In this document: one piece after another, positions 1-13,305 of the stretch | Layout of the letters: every line of letters starts with the position of its first letter | How positions within the stretch are numbered: position 1 is the first letter of the stretch | Origin: Eledone cirrhosa | Lineage: Eukaryota | NCBI GenBank assembly: GCA_964016885.1 | Contig: OZ024762.1 | Span: forward strand, 24,490,001-24,554,000 | DNA length: 64,000 bases | Direction: 5' to 3' | The notes under the pieces: model-generated | Seen by the model: the letters and a program-made list of their open reading frames with translations, nothing else | The model's database searches: none | What the model was told of the DNA's origin: nothing | Made by a program: the position numbers and the translations under genes

Positions 1-1124
1 GTAAATGTTATGTGAGATATTATGTGAGGTAAAGACTTTACCATGAACATATAATAGTATATATAGAGTAATGTAGATGTTATGTGAGATATTATGTGAG
101 GTAAAGCCTTTACTGTGACAATACAATAGTATATATAGAGTAATGTAAATGTTATGTGAGATATTATGTGAGGTAAAGCCTTTACTGTGACAATACAATA
201 GTATATATATAGTAATGTAAATTGTATGTGAGATATTATGTGAGGTAAAGCCTTTACTGTGAAAATACAATAGTATATATAGAGTAATGTAAATGTTATG
301 TGAGTTATTATGTGAGGTAAAGACTTTACCATGAAAATATAATAGTATATATAGAGTAATGTAAATGTTATGTGAGGTAAAGCCTTTACTGTGACAATAC
401 AATAGTATATATAGAGTAATGTAAATGTTATGTGAGATATTATGTGAGGTGAAGCCTTTACTGTGAAAATACAATAGTATATATAGAGTAATGTAAATGT
501 TATGTGAGATATTATGTGAGGTAAAGCCTTTACTGTGACAATACAATAGTATATATATAGTAATGTAAATGTTATGTGAGATATTATGTGAGGTAAAGCC
601 TTTACTGTGAAAATACAATAGTATATATATAGTAATGTAAATTGTATGTGAGATATTATGTGAGGTAAAGCCTTTACTGTGACAATACAATAGTATATAT
701 ATAGTAATGTAAATTGTATGTGAGATATTATGTGAGGTAAAGCCTTTACTGTGAAAATACAATAGTATATATAGAGTAATGTAAATGTTATGTGAGATAT
801 TATGTGAGGTAAAGACTTAACTGTGAAAATACAATAGTATATATAGAGTAATGTAAATGTTATGTGAGATATTATGTGAGGTAAAGCCTTTACGATGAAA
901 ATACAATAGTATATATAGAGTAATGTAAATGTTATGTGAGGTAAAGCCTTTACTGTGAAAATACAATAGTATATATAGAGTAATGTAAATGTTATGTGAG
1001 GTAAAGCCTTTACCATGAAAATACAATAGTATATATAGAGTAATGTAAATGTTATGTGAGGTAAAGCCTTTACTGTGACAATACAATAGTATAAATATAG
1101 AGTAATGTAAATGCTAAAGAGTTA
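1..1124. repeat. Tandem array (71-bp unit with 60-bp variant, about 16 copies) derived from the sub-terminal part of a piggyBac-like MITE
   Basis: Unit gtaaatgttatgtgagatattatgtgaggtaaagcctttactgtgacaatacaatagtatatatagagtaat; ends in aaatgctaaagagtta, the MITE terminus. Confidence 0.9.
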
Positions 1125-1590
1125 TACTGGCTATATATGGCCACAATTGTCTCACATCTTTCTGTTCATACCAGTGGTAACTGACCACTCATACTGATGT
1201 TAAGCTATTGTTCTCAAAATAAATAAATATCAATATCTCATAGATTCGATATTATATGATAAATTCTTTATCATAAAAAAAAGTGTGTGTGTATTTGTAT
1301 ATGAATGTATGTTTAGAAAAGATGAGCAGAATTTGAAATTTCTGAGGTAGCTAGAAATTTTATGAAATTATTTGATTAGAGAAAATAATGTAAATGATAG
1401 AGCATAACCGACAAACAATGGACGTTAGCTCCTGGGGGACATAACACAAGTAGGATTAAATAAATATCACATTCTTCTCTCTTTTAACGAAAGAGTATTT
1501 TGACTGGCTTGTTTCATGTATCATAAAACAGCAAAACCTATATATACAATGATATTAAATAAATGGAAACTATATTTATAAAACCATATT

Positions 1591-1651
1591 TATTCTATTA
1601 CATATATTTCAAGGGTACCAAAACTTTGGTATGCTCTCATCAGATAAAATA
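1591..1651 (-). ncRNA. Type I hammerhead ribozyme motif (inverted partner of 1794-1854)
   Basis: Reverse complement reads TATTTTAT-CTGATGA-GAGCATACCAAAGTTTTGGTACCCTT-GAAA-TATATGTA-ATAGAATA. Confidence 0.72.
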
Positions 1652-1793
1652 CAAAGTTTGTTTTATAAATTTTGACATAACACAAGTAGAAAAGATACCT
1701 TAACGGTTCAAGTTTTTCTTGGATATCCAAGAAAAACTTGAACTGTTAAGGTATCTTTTCTTGGTTATGTCAACATTTATAAAACAAACTTTG

Positions 1794-1854
1794 TATTTTA
1801 TCTGATGAGAGCGTACCAAAGTTTTGGTACCCTTGAAATATACGTAATAGAATA
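1794..1854 (+). ncRNA. Type I hammerhead ribozyme motif
   Basis: Stem I TATTTTAT/ATAGAATA; core CTGATGA (1802-08); stem II GAGCGTACCAAA-gt-TTTGGTACCCTT; GAAA (1835-38); short stem III; predicted GUA cleavage after 1846. Confidence 0.75.
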
Positions 1855-1976
1855 AATATAGTTTCCATTTATTTAATATCTTTGCATATTATACTCCAGA
1901 AAATTTGTCGAGTGGTCTGAACCAGTTATAAACATTTATATTTGTTGAATTACCAACAAATTGAATATCCCTTTTG

Positions 1977-2024
<48 letters not shown>

Positions 2025-2084
2025 TATGTACGTACATATATATTTATACACATACATATTTATACACATACATACATACATCCA

Positions 2085-2606
2085 TATCTAAATCTGCCAA
2101 TACTCCACCCTGATTACACCTTCAGATTTATGCCTGTGATTATTGGGGCACTGGGATATGTTAGTAACTGCCTCAATACAAATCTTGGGAAGCTGGGCTT
2201 CACAGGAACAGAAAGAACACAACTAGTTAGGAAATTACAAGTATAATCCATTAATGGAACAGTAAAAATATGTAAAACATTCCAAAAATGTTACATCTAA
2301 TAACTGCATATACACATGTACAGATACAAAGCATGTACACATGCACACATACAACTCAAAACATACACATCCAGACATACAATAACATCCATATCTACAC
2401 ATATCTACTTAGTTGATGTTGTGTAAATTCCAATGAGAGAGTCTTGTGTCTATGTTAGAAGAATAACAATAACATCCATATCTACATACATATCTACTTA
2501 GTTGATGTTGTGTAAATTCCAATGAGAGAGTCTTGTGTCTATGTTAGAAGAAACCGACTCTCTCTCTATTGATGGGGGGTTGTTGTGAAATTATAAAACC
2601 AGAAGA
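2085..2606 (+). mobile_element. 3' end of a second RLE-type non-LTR retrotransposon; 3' UTR has an about 87-bp direct duplication (2381-2550)
   Basis: FMPVIIGALGYV...LVRKLQV*SINGTVKICKTF matches the RLE C-terminus; flanked by (CATA)n. Confidence 0.7.
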
Positions 2607-3651
2607 ACATACATACATACAAACATACATATATACATACATACATATATGCAGACATACATACACACATACATGCAGACATACATGCAGACATACACAC
2701 ATACACACATACACACATACACACATACATGCAGACATACATACATACATGCAGACATACATACATATTTACACGCATATATATATGTACATATATACAT
2801 ACACACATGTGCATACCTACATACATATATGCATATATATTTATGTATATTTGTATATGTATATATATATATTTATATATATATATGTGCGTGTGTGTAT
2901 ATATATATATATACACACACACACTTGCATACACGCACGCATGTAAGCATTTACAGGAAGATGGTTAAATAAAGGCTTCCTTCATATATACACCTTAAAC
3001 AAGCCTCACATCGGCACCACACCCCACCCCAATCTTTACATGTGACCCAGGATCTTCACCGTAGTCCTATAATCACCAATACTCATCCCTATAGCCCTAA
3101 CCTTCTCACAGCTGATCCCCTCACCAGCCATAGCACATCTATCTTACATATACATACACACACTCATACACTCTTCTCTTTGCCCTGTCTTTTTTGAGGA
3201 CATGGTGATGACCAATTTTAGCCCTTTTGATACCTGCCCCCCAAAAAGCTTTTTTTTCGTTTTCTTTTTCTTTTTCTTCACCCACTTATTCCTGGGAGGG
3301 TCGTGGGGGCCAGAGTCCTCAAACACTCCTTCCAGCAGGCCCTGTCAGAAGCAACCATCTCCAACTGATCCAGCTGGATCCCCAAGCGTGACCAGCCAAA
3401 CTCATGGATGTTATCCAACCATCTTGCTCGGGGTCTACCCCTGTTGGTTTTGCCTGTAAAATCTGCCCAGCAATTCTTTCTTAAGACATTCTAACCACAT
3501 GTCCGTGGTATCAGAACTGTGATCTCTCAATTCGGAGAAGTAGCAGCTCTACCTGGAGTGGCTCTCCGATTTACGCACTTTATTGAGTAATGTTACTCCA
3601 AAGAACCTTCGGAGGAACCCCATTTCAGCTGCTTGTATTCGCGATCGTATT

Positions 3652-4315
3652 CTCCACCATCCGCTACCATTCTCTACCATCCTCCACCGTCCTCTACCAT
3701 CCTCCACCGTCCTCTACCATTCTCCACCGTCCTCTACCATTCTCCACCATCCTCCACCATCCTCCACCATCCTCCACCATCCTCTACCATTCCCCCCATC
3801 GTCCTCTACCATCCTCCACCGTCCTCTACCATCCTCCACCGTCCTCCACCATCCTCCACCGTCCTCTACTATCCTCCACCGTCCTCTACCATCCTCCACC
3901 GTCCTCCACCGTCCTCCACCGTCCTCCACCGTCCTCCACCGTCCTCCACCGTCTTCTACCATCCTCCACCGTCCTCCACCGTCCTCTACTATCCTCCACC
4001 GTCCTCTACTATCCTCCACCGTCCTTTACTATCCTCCACCATCGTCCACCGTCTACCATCCTCCACCGTCGTCCACCGTCTACCATCCTCCACCGTCCTC
4101 TACCATCCTCCACCGTCCTCTACCATTCTCCACCGTCCTCTACCATCCTCCACCGTCCTCTACCATCCTCCACCGTCCTCCACCATCCTCCAGCGTCCTC
4201 CACCATCCTCCAACGTCCTCCACCGTCTTCTACCATCCTCCACCGTCCTCTACCATCCTCCACCGTCCTCCACCGTCCTCCACCGTCCTCCACCATCCTC
4301 CACCGTCCTCTACCA
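3652..4315. repeat. 10-bp-unit minisatellite (TCCACCGTCC/TCTACCATCC)
   Basis: Direct tandem periodicity; followed by a 17-bp GA-rich array at 4408-4525. Confidence 0.95.
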
Positions 4316-4812
4316 ATATATTTATTTGCCTTGTGATACAACTGAACAGCCATCGGCTGCAACATAATATTCCAATGGAAATTATTGTCAAGAGGCCTTA
4401 CAAAAAGAGGAGGGAGGGTGTAGAGGAGGGAGGGTGTAGAGGAGGGAGGGTGTAGAGGAGGGAGGGTGTAGAGGAGGGAGGCTGTAGAGGAGGGAGGGTG
4501 TAGAGGAGGGAGGCTGTAGAGGAGGAATACATCTAGAAGTGAGGAATTGGTAATCCTTTGAAATTAGCTCTGTTATAATTAGATCTGCAGAATTATGCTT
4601 TGTTCCTCACAAAATAGTGCCAGCAATCCAACAAAAGCTATCTGTCTACCACTGTCTGTCTGTCTAGTTATCTATCTAACCATCAATCAGTTTATTTAGC
4701 TTTCTATCTATCTTATCTATCTATCAAACCATCCTTATCTATCTATCTATCTCTATCTATTAATTTATTTAGCTTTCTATCTATTTTATCTAAATATCTA
4801 TTCCTCAATACA

Positions 4813-5160
4813 GCCATCTAACCATCCACATATCTGTCTATCTGCCCATCTAACCATCCACATATCTGTCTATCTGCCCATCTAACCATCCACATATCTG
4901 TCTATCTGCCCATCTAACCATCCACATATCTGTCTATCTACCCATCTAACCATCCACATATCATATCTGTCTATCTACCCATCTAACCATCCACATATCT
5001 GTCTATCTACCCATCTAACCATCCACATATCTGTCTATCTGCCCATCTAACCATCCACATATCTGTCTATCTGCCCATCTAACCATCCACATATCTGTCT
5101 ATCTGCCCATCTAACCATCCACAAATCTATCTATCTATCCATCTAACCATCCACATATAT
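4813..5160. repeat. 32-bp minisatellite ccatctaaccatccacatatctgtctatctgc
   Basis: About 10 tandem copies. Confidence 0.92.
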
Positions 5161-5524
5161 ATCTATCTATCTATCTATCTATCTGTCCATCTAACCATCC
5201 ATATATCTATCTATCAATGTATTTATCTTTTTGTATATCTAACCATCCTATCTATCTATAGATGGATCTTTTTATTTATCCTTCTATCTATCTATCTGTC
5301 TACCTGTCTTTTTGATGCCCTGGTGGCAAATAAAAGAAACATATCTATCTACCTGTCTATCTATCTAACCATCCTCATATCATCCATCGTATGTAAATAT
5401 TTATCTGTCTATGTATCTATCTGTCTGACTGTCTATATATAGCCCATATCTATCTATCTTTCTATCCATCCATCCATCCAATTATCCATCTACATATATA
5501 CCTTTTTATCTATCCATCTATCTA

Positions 5525-5748
5525 ACCCCCGCTGTCATCATCATCATCATCATCATTTTTCGTCCGCTTTTCCCTGCTTGCAAGGGTGGGATGGGTCCTC
5601 TTCAGCACAGCACCTCTCCATTCATCACAGTCCTTCGTCATCTCCTCCGTGATCTTCAGCGATCTGAAGTCAGCTCTCACCACCTCCACCCATGATTTTC
5701 CTGGTCTTCCTCTACTACGTCTTGTAATGTCCCATTTCTTGTGCACTC
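5525..5748 (-). mobile_element. RTE-clade LINE 3' end with (GAT)n tail; other RTE-like fragments at about 3470-3650(-), 8545-8720(+), 17210-17350(-)
   Basis: RSRGRPGKSWVEVVRADF..EW motif; tail shared with SINE family B. Confidence 0.8.
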
Positions 5749-5959
5749 TTGTGGCAAATAAAGAAACATATCTATCTATTTATCTCTGTCCATTCATCTT
5801 TGTATCCATCCATCCATCCACCTATATACCTTGCTATCTATCTATCTATCTATCTATAAACTATTGCATCCACCCATAGGTTCAACCATCCACTCAACCA
5901 TTTAATCATTTATATGTATAGATCAATCAATCCATCCAACCACCCAACCATCCAACCAC

Positions 5960-6971
5960 TCATCTCTCCATCTCTCCATCTCTCCATCCCTACATCTCTC
6001 CATCTCTACATTTCTCCATCTCTCCATCTCTCCATCCATCTCTCCATCCATCTCTCCATCTCTCCATCCATCTCTCCATCCATCTCTCCATCTCTCCATC
6101 CCTACATCTCTCCATCTCTACATCTCTCCATCCATCTCTCCATCTCTCCATCCATCTCTCCATCTCTACATCTCTCCATCCCTACATCTCTACATCTCTC
6201 CATCTCTCCATCCATCTCTCCATCCATCTCTCCATCCATCTCTCCATCCATCTCTCCATCCATCTCTCCATCTCTCCATCCATCTCTCCATCTCTCCATC
6301 CATCTCTCCATCCATCTCTCCATCTCTCCATCCATCTCTCCATCTCTCCATCCATCTCTCCACCCATCTCTCCATCTCTCCATCCATCTCTCCATCCCTA
6401 CATCTCTCCATCTCTACATCCATCTCTCCATCCCTACATCTCTCCATCTCTCCATCCATCTCTCCATCTCTCCCTCCATCCCTACATCTCTCCATCTCTC
6501 CATCCATCTCTCCATCCCTACATCTCTCCATCTCTCCATCCATCTCTCCATCCATCTCTCCATCCCTACATCTCTCCATCTCTCCATCCATCTCTCCATC
6601 TCTCTCTCCATCCCTACATCTCTCCATCTCTACATCCATCTCTCCATCCCTACATCTCTCCATCTCTCCATCCATCTCTCCATCCCTACATCTCTCCATC
6701 TCTCCATCCATCTCTCCATCTCTCCATCCATCTTTCCATCCCTACATCTCTCCATCTCTCCATCCATCTCTCCATCTCTCCATCCATCTCTCCATCTCTC
6801 CATCCATCTCTCCATCTCTCCATCCATCTCTCCATCCCTACATCTCTCCATCTCTCCATCCATCTCTCCATCCCTACATCTCTCCATCTCTCCATCCATC
6901 TCTCCATCCCTACATCTCTCCATCTCTACATCCATCTCTCCATCTCTCCCTCTCTCCATCTCTCCATCTCC
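5960..6971. repeat. Compound CCATCTCT/TCCA pyrimidine-rich satellite
   Basis: Direct tandem periodicity over about 1 kb. Confidence 0.95.
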
Positions 6972-7176
6972 AGGTTATTTATATATCATTCATTATCTTG
7001 CTACTTCATTCTTTCACACTCTACCCCCCTCACTTCCCTCTCTTCCCTCCTCTCCCTCATCTCTCAACACCCCCCTCTCTTTCCTCCCTCCCCACCCCTC
7101 TCTTTCCTCCCTCCCCACCATACCCCTGCTGTCTCTCTCACATCACCATTTCTTTAATTTCCTCACCACAGTCAAC

Positions 7177-7214
<38 letters not shown>

Positions 7215-7289
7215 TGTGTCAATCCACACACACACACACACACACAGACACTTGTGTCAATCCACACACACACACAGACATGTGTCAAT

Positions 7290-7340
<51 letters not shown>

Positions 7341-7510
7341 AAGATGCTCCCACCTACACATACCCCACCTCCACACATGTCCCCCTCCCCCAACACATCC
7401 ACCCAGCCACATACACCACACACATACTCTCTTTCTCTCTCTCACACACAACAAATATACCTGCAATCTAATTTCATCAAAATAGACAATGCCTCAGCCA
7501 TTTCCTCATT

Positions 7511-7648
<138 letters not shown>

Positions 7649-7839
7649 CACACCTATCTAGCTATCTTTCTATCTATCTATCTATCTATCTATCTATATA
7701 TCTGTCTGTTTATCTCTCATCGTGTTTAAGTCATTCCATATTTGTAGACAATGAAAAAAAGTATACATATTTGCCTTAAATAAATGCAAGAAGGATATAT
7801 CTATATATATATATATATATCTATATATATATATATATA

Positions 7840-7888
<49 letters not shown>

Positions 7889-7943
7889 AATATAGTAAAT
7901 AAATAATATAATATATATATTTGATATATATATTATATTATTT

Positions 7944-8190
7944 ATTTATGTTCACACACGGAACCAAAGATGCTACCCCAGTTTTCAAGGCCTAAATTTG
8001 AGCATACCTTCAAGATATGTGAAGCATCAAAATATGACCTTTCTTTAGGAACTAATCTGACATCGTATAAACTCTTATTAGCATCTGAAGAAAGGTATCT
8101 GGATGTTTCATATTTATTGGAGGTATGGTCAAATTTGGGCCTTGAATCCTACTTGGGTTAGTGACTGTGGTTCCGTGTATGAACAAATAT
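7944..8190. repeat. Degenerate inverted repeat with hammerhead-like CTGAAGA AAGG...CCTT GAAT
   Basis: gttcacacacggaacca / tggttccgtgtatgaac termini; adjacent to (TA)n; shares attagc..ctgaagaaaggt with 33626-33693. Confidence 0.7.
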
Positions 8191-8735
8191 AATATTTCTG
8201 GTCTCTTCCCGATCAAGCGATCAAGCATGTTTTCCTATTTCCATCTATGGATATATATACACACACATATATATATAAGTATATATATGTTAAAAATAGT
8301 AATAATAATAAATTTGAAGACTAAAATCCAAAGAGGGCTCGATAGGGGTAAATATATATCAAATATATAAGAACCGTAGAGCAAATATTTATTAAATTAA
8401 CAGATTAAAGCAGCGATTCTTTGCTTAAACTTTATTCTGTTCATTTAATAAATATATGTTAAATATATATGCATGCGTGTGTATATATATATGTGCGTGC
8501 GTGTGTGTGTGTATATATATGTATATATATACATGTGTATGAGATCACTGCTGTCCTTTGCACACAATGCCTCCATTGGTATGGACATGTACAGCGAGCC
8601 ACGTCATGCATCGACTCCACCACTCACTTGGCAATCCCTGGCACTAGAGATCGTGGCAGGCCAAGGATGACGTGCTCGGAGTGCGTGAAGAGTGATTTGT
8701 AGAAATGGAACTTGGTGGCCAGCAGTGTAGGAGAG

Positions 8736-8779
8736 ATCATCCTGATGAGAACCAGTTAAGTCCGAAATGGATCGACGAT
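8736..8779 (+). ncRNA. Minimal type I hammerhead ribozyme motif, slightly degenerate
   Basis: ATCATC-CTGATGA-GAAC cagttaa GTCC-GAAA-TGG-ATC-GACGAT; stems I and II each have one A-C mismatch. Confidence 0.65.
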
Positions 8780-8945
8780 TGTCCCCCCTTGCTTCTGCTG
8801 GACACCACCAAAGGCAGTTAGCCCCGGTGTTTTTTGCATAGCTACACCTTTCTAAATGTTTACCTGTAAACATACCGTGTTTCTTTAGAAATACAAAATT
8901 TCTATACATATCTCTATACAGCTATGCCTGAAGCTATATCCTAAG

Positions 8946-9001
<56 letters not shown>

Positions 9002-9617
9002 GACAGTCCTATGCGAGCAAGACAACCACTCTTGCCTCAAGTGGGAAAACTTCCGTCCAAACCCATGCAAGCGTGGAACATGGACGTTAAACGATGATGA
9101 TGATGATGATGATGATGATGATACAAAAATATGGATAGAGAAAGGCGAGGCTGTGTGTTTACTGACAACGAGTGTTAGAAGATAAGGTGACACAAACAAG
9201 AGATGGCAAGTTTCCCTTCGTCAGCTATTTACTATTGGTCATGGATGTTTCAGCACATTTTTATATATTCCTAACGATCGACTTTCGTCAAATCGGACCG
9301 AGGAAACAGTGTTTCCATTGGTCTTTCCAATTGCTAATACTATCTATCGGTCGCAACTCCAGGTAGAAGGAGCAACGTGAAATAAAGTGTCTTGCTCAAG
9401 GACATAACGCATCGCCCTGTCCAGGAATCAAACTCACAACCTTACGATTGCGAATCCAGTTCTCTAACCACTCAGCCACACACCTTTTATATATATATAT
9501 ATATATACCTATATATATATAGGGAATGTAACATCCAGTTACTGTAGGTTCACCAGAGTGACCAGTCAATGTGTAGTTTCCAGTCTGTAATGAGGTGTAG
9601 AACTAGGCAGAGTGTAA

Positions 9618-9774
9618 ATATAATAATAAAAGGACTATTTGTTATGTCTTCATTATGTTTATTGAACAGTGGCACGTGTTCCGCTATTGATTAAGCTGAT
9701 CAATAGCGAAATGCGCGTCACTACTCAATAAATGTAATGAAGACATGACAAATCGTCCTTTTTATTGTTATGTA
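9618..9774. repeat. Inverted repeat (arms about 75 bp) containing GAAATGCGCGTC hammerhead 3' half; related single copy at 27452-27524
   Basis: cgctattgat / atcaatagcg centre; arms complementary; followed by (TA)n. Confidence 0.75.
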
Positions 9775-9886
9775 TCTATATATATATATAGTGACATTAA
9801 AGTTGCAGCTTTTCGTAAACTTTATTTCATATTACAATTGTTTCTGATTCGATCAGTTTGGGTTTGATTATGCGATCGGATCTGGA

Positions 9887-9917
<31 letters not shown>

Positions 9918-10423
9918 AAGAGAGAGAGAGAGATAGAGATAGGTGTGTATGTATGTTTGTATTGTAGAAGCATATTGAGGGCAGTGGATTGGCAGTATCG
10001 GTAGAGGGTCGGACGCCATGCTTTGCAGCATACAGTTATGTCCCTTTATAAGAAACCATTACAGAAGCATAAAGAAAACCATGTTGTCGAAAAACAAGAT
10101 CTTCCTAACTTTGTTGGTTTTCAATGATGGTATAAAAGATTTCCTGTAAAAAAACAAAACAGAAACAACCCCAACCCCTTCCTCTCTCCTTCCCCATCTC
10201 TGCTTCCTCTAGACATCTCCCTATCAGCATCTCCCTCACTACTTCCTCATCATCTTCTGAGAAAAGACAAAGATGTCTTAGAGAAACAAGGAAATGTTTG
10301 TCCTAACAGAAAAACCCAAGAAATATCCTCTTCATTTTCTTCATACAGGCATAATATGTATATATGTTTTCAACTACAATTATGGAACACAATTGTACAC
10401 ATCATATATATATATATATAGTA

Positions 10424-10465
<42 letters not shown>

Positions 10466-10885
10466 GTATACATATATATATATATATATAGTATATATTT
10501 TATATATTTATGCATTAAAGATTTATAAATATATATAATATATATATTTTACATATAATATATATTATATATGTATATATATTATATATGTATATATATT
10601 ATATATGTATATATATTATATATATATATATATTATATATATATAGAGAGAGATAGATGTGTACATATATATATCTGTAATATTAAATGTTTATGTACTT
10701 CATGTATGCTGTCTTGTTATCACCATATGAATGTAACAATCTTTTGCTATCAACAGTTATGACAAAAACTCAAGAACCATTTTATGTTGCTATTGTTTTT
10801 GATGTGTGTTTTAGGGTAGATATGTATAGAAGCTATCAAGTAATACATTGTCTAGCCCCCCCCCCCCTAATTATATATATATAAT

Positions 10886-11354
10886 GGCTTAGTGGTTAGA
10901 GCATTGGCCTTACAATCGAAAGGTTGTGAGTTCAATTCTCAGACCGGGTGATGTGTTGTTTCCTTGAGCAAGACACTTTATTTCACATTGCTCCAGTTTA
11001 CTCAGCTGTAGAAATGAGATGATAGGGACTGGGGTCCCTATCATTCCACTGCAAAGTGGTCGTGGTGGTGCCACGGCAAAAAAGCACCCAGCACTCACTG
11101 TAAATGAGGTTGGTGTTAGGAAGGGCATCCAGCTGTAGAAATGAGATGATAGGGACTGGGGTCCCTATCATTCCACTGTAAAGTGGTCGTGGAGGTGCCA
11201 CGGCAAAAAAGCACCCAGCACTCACTGTAAATGAGGTTTGTGTTAGGAAGGGCATCCAGCTGTAGAAATCACGCCAGAATCAGTTCCCGTCCCACCCTTG
11301 CAAGCAGGGAAAAAGCGGACGTAAAATGATGATGATGATGATGATGATGATGAT
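10886..11354 (+). mobile_element. tRNA-derived SINE family B with RTE-like tail ending in (GAT)n, with internal about 130-bp duplication; other copies at 46130-46472(-), 61165-61472(-); related heads at 9270-9485(-), 25660-25865(-), 42665-42990(+), 63590-63930(-)
   Basis: TGGCTTAGTGG A-box, GAGTTCAATTC B-box, cttgagcaagacactttatttcac core, gttaggaagggcatccagc tail. Confidence 0.88.
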
Positions 11355-11504
11355 ATGTATATATATAACTGAAGGTACCCGTTTACATGTGTTGTATTGA
11401 AGCAAATAACTGTGTGTGTACTCTGGGAGTTTGTTTAACCTTACCTATTGAGTACGCTGATGGATGCGGTCCTAGCAGCGATACCTATGCTACTTCTGTC
11501 AACC

Positions 11505-11536
<32 letters not shown>

Positions 11537-11707
11537 TATAGGAAAAGAGTCAGGACCCCGATGGCAGAGCTCAAGCCGTTTCGGCGGCGTCCTTACTCTT
11601 TTCCTATTACCCACTCTACTACCCAAAGTATTGAGTACTCTGGGGCGTTATGGTCCACCTGGTTCCTTACCACACCTCCTTCGTTTTACATATATATATA
11701 TATATAA

Positions 11708-12742
11708 CAGGCATGTTAAGTGGAGGGTCTTCCGAGGGCACATGGGTCACATATGTGTTGTCTGAGGGCCACATGGGTCACATATGTGTTGTCTGAGGGC
11801 CACATGGGTCACATATGTGTTGCCTGAGGGCCACATGGGTCACATATGTGTTGTCTGAGGGCCACATGGGTCACATGTGTTGTCTGAGGGCCACATGGGT
11901 CACATATGTGTTGTCTGAGGGCCACATGGGTCACATATGTGTTGTCTGAGGGCCACATGGGTCACATATGTGTTGTCTGAGGGCCACATGGGTCACATGT
12001 GTTGTCTGAGGGCCACATGGGTCACATATGTGTTGTCTGAGGGCCACATGGGTCACATATGTGTTGTCTGAGGGCCACATGGGTCATATATGTTATCTGA
12101 GGGCCACACATCACATTTAATTGCGCACATTTTATATTACAAAGATAACACATGCTCCCACTGTAAAAACCTTTGTGTGGGCTGCAGGTGTGTTTGTAAA
12201 GGGCCGTATGCAGCCCGAGGGCCACAGGTGTGTTTGTAAAGGGCTGTATGCAGCCCGCGAGCCACAGGTGTGTTTGTAAAGGGCCGTATGCAGCCCGAGG
12301 GCCACAGGTGTGTTTGTAAAGGGCCGTATGCAGCCCGAGGGCCACAGGTGTGTTTGTAAAGGGCTGTATGCAGCCCGCGAGCCACAGGTGTGTTTGTAAA
12401 GGGCCGTATGCAGCCCGAGGGCCACAGGTGTGTTTGTAAAGGGCTGTATGCAGCCCGCGAGCCACAGGTGGGTTTGTAAAGGGCCGTATGCAGCCCGAGG
12501 GCCACAGGTGTGTTTGTAAAGGGCTGTATGCAGCCCGCGAGCCACAGGTGTGTTTGTAAAGGGCCGTATGCAGCCTGTGGGCTGCAGGTGTGTTTGTAAA
12601 GGGCCGTATGCAGCCCGCGGGTCGCAGGGGTGCTTGTAAAGGGCCGTATGCAGCCCGTGGGTCACAGGGGTGCTTGTAAAGGGCCGTATGCAGCCCGTGG
12701 GCCGCAGGGGTGCTTGTAAAAGCCCTATTTTTGACATGCCTG
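11708..12742. mobile_element. hAT-like MITE expanded by two internal minisatellites (31-bp array about 11735-12107; 40-bp array about 12178-12720)
   Basis: Termini CAGGCATGTTAA / TTGACATGCCTG; gagggccaca motif in both arrays; no clear 8-bp TSD. Confidence 0.65.
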
Positions 12743-12829
12743 GTAACTGTAAATGAGGTTGGTGTTAGGGAGGGCATCCGGGTGTAAAATATCCAGACAT
12801 AGAATATTGATGATGGCACCACTGACCAC

Positions 12830-13159
12830 AACAACAATGATGATGTTGGTGGTGGTGGTGTTGTTGACGATGATGATGATGATGATGATGATGTTGACGA
12901 AAATTGTGATGATGATGATGGTAATGATGACGAGAACGATGATGATGGTGGTGGTGGTGTTGATGGCAATGATGAAAATGATGGTGATGGTGATGATGAA
13001 GAAGAAGACAATGATGGTGACAACATGGCGGCAACATTGATGAAGGTGTTGATGAAAACGATGATGATGATGGTGATGGTGATGACAATGATAAGAATGA
13101 TGAACATGATGACGATGATGATGATGACAATGATAAGAATGATGAACATGATGACGATG

Positions 13160-13190
<31 letters not shown>

Positions 13191-13305
13191 CAATGATAAG
13201 AATGATGAGAACATGATGACAATGATGATGATGATGATGATGATGATGACAATGATGACAATGATAAGAATGATGAACATGATGATGACAATGATGATGA
13301 TGATA
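12830..13305. repeat. Degenerate (GAT)n trinucleotide tract
   Basis: Expanded tail following an RTE/SINE-B tail fragment. Confidence 0.9.

Larger units (their letters stand above)
1551..1880. repeat. Long loop-less inverted repeat (arms about 160 bp), putative Penelope-like element remnant
   Basis: Centre GGAT|ATCC at 1724/1725; arms complementary with few mismatches; each arm carries a hammerhead. Confidence 0.85.

Noticed and set aside
1483-1497. tttaacgaaaga (FNER) as the missing upstream RBFOX exon (IIFNERGSK)
   Set aside because: Flanking codons do not match and there is no donor; no upstream RRM exon was found, so it probably lies before the window
3583-4455. 290-aa Pro/Ser/His-rich ORF and overlapping frames
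   Set aside because: Translation of a 10-bp minisatellite, open in all three frames; no splice or domain evidence
5914-7341. 475-aa ORF (SISPSLHL repeats)
   Set aside because: Stop-free pyrimidine satellite, not a gene
10886-10950. tRNA gene
   Set aside because: A/B boxes are present but there is no complete cloverleaf; it is the head of a repeated SINE
11735-12720. Regular 31- and 40-bp repeats resembling a CRISPR array
   Set aside because: Contiguous tandem units without unique spacers, eukaryotic context, no cas genes
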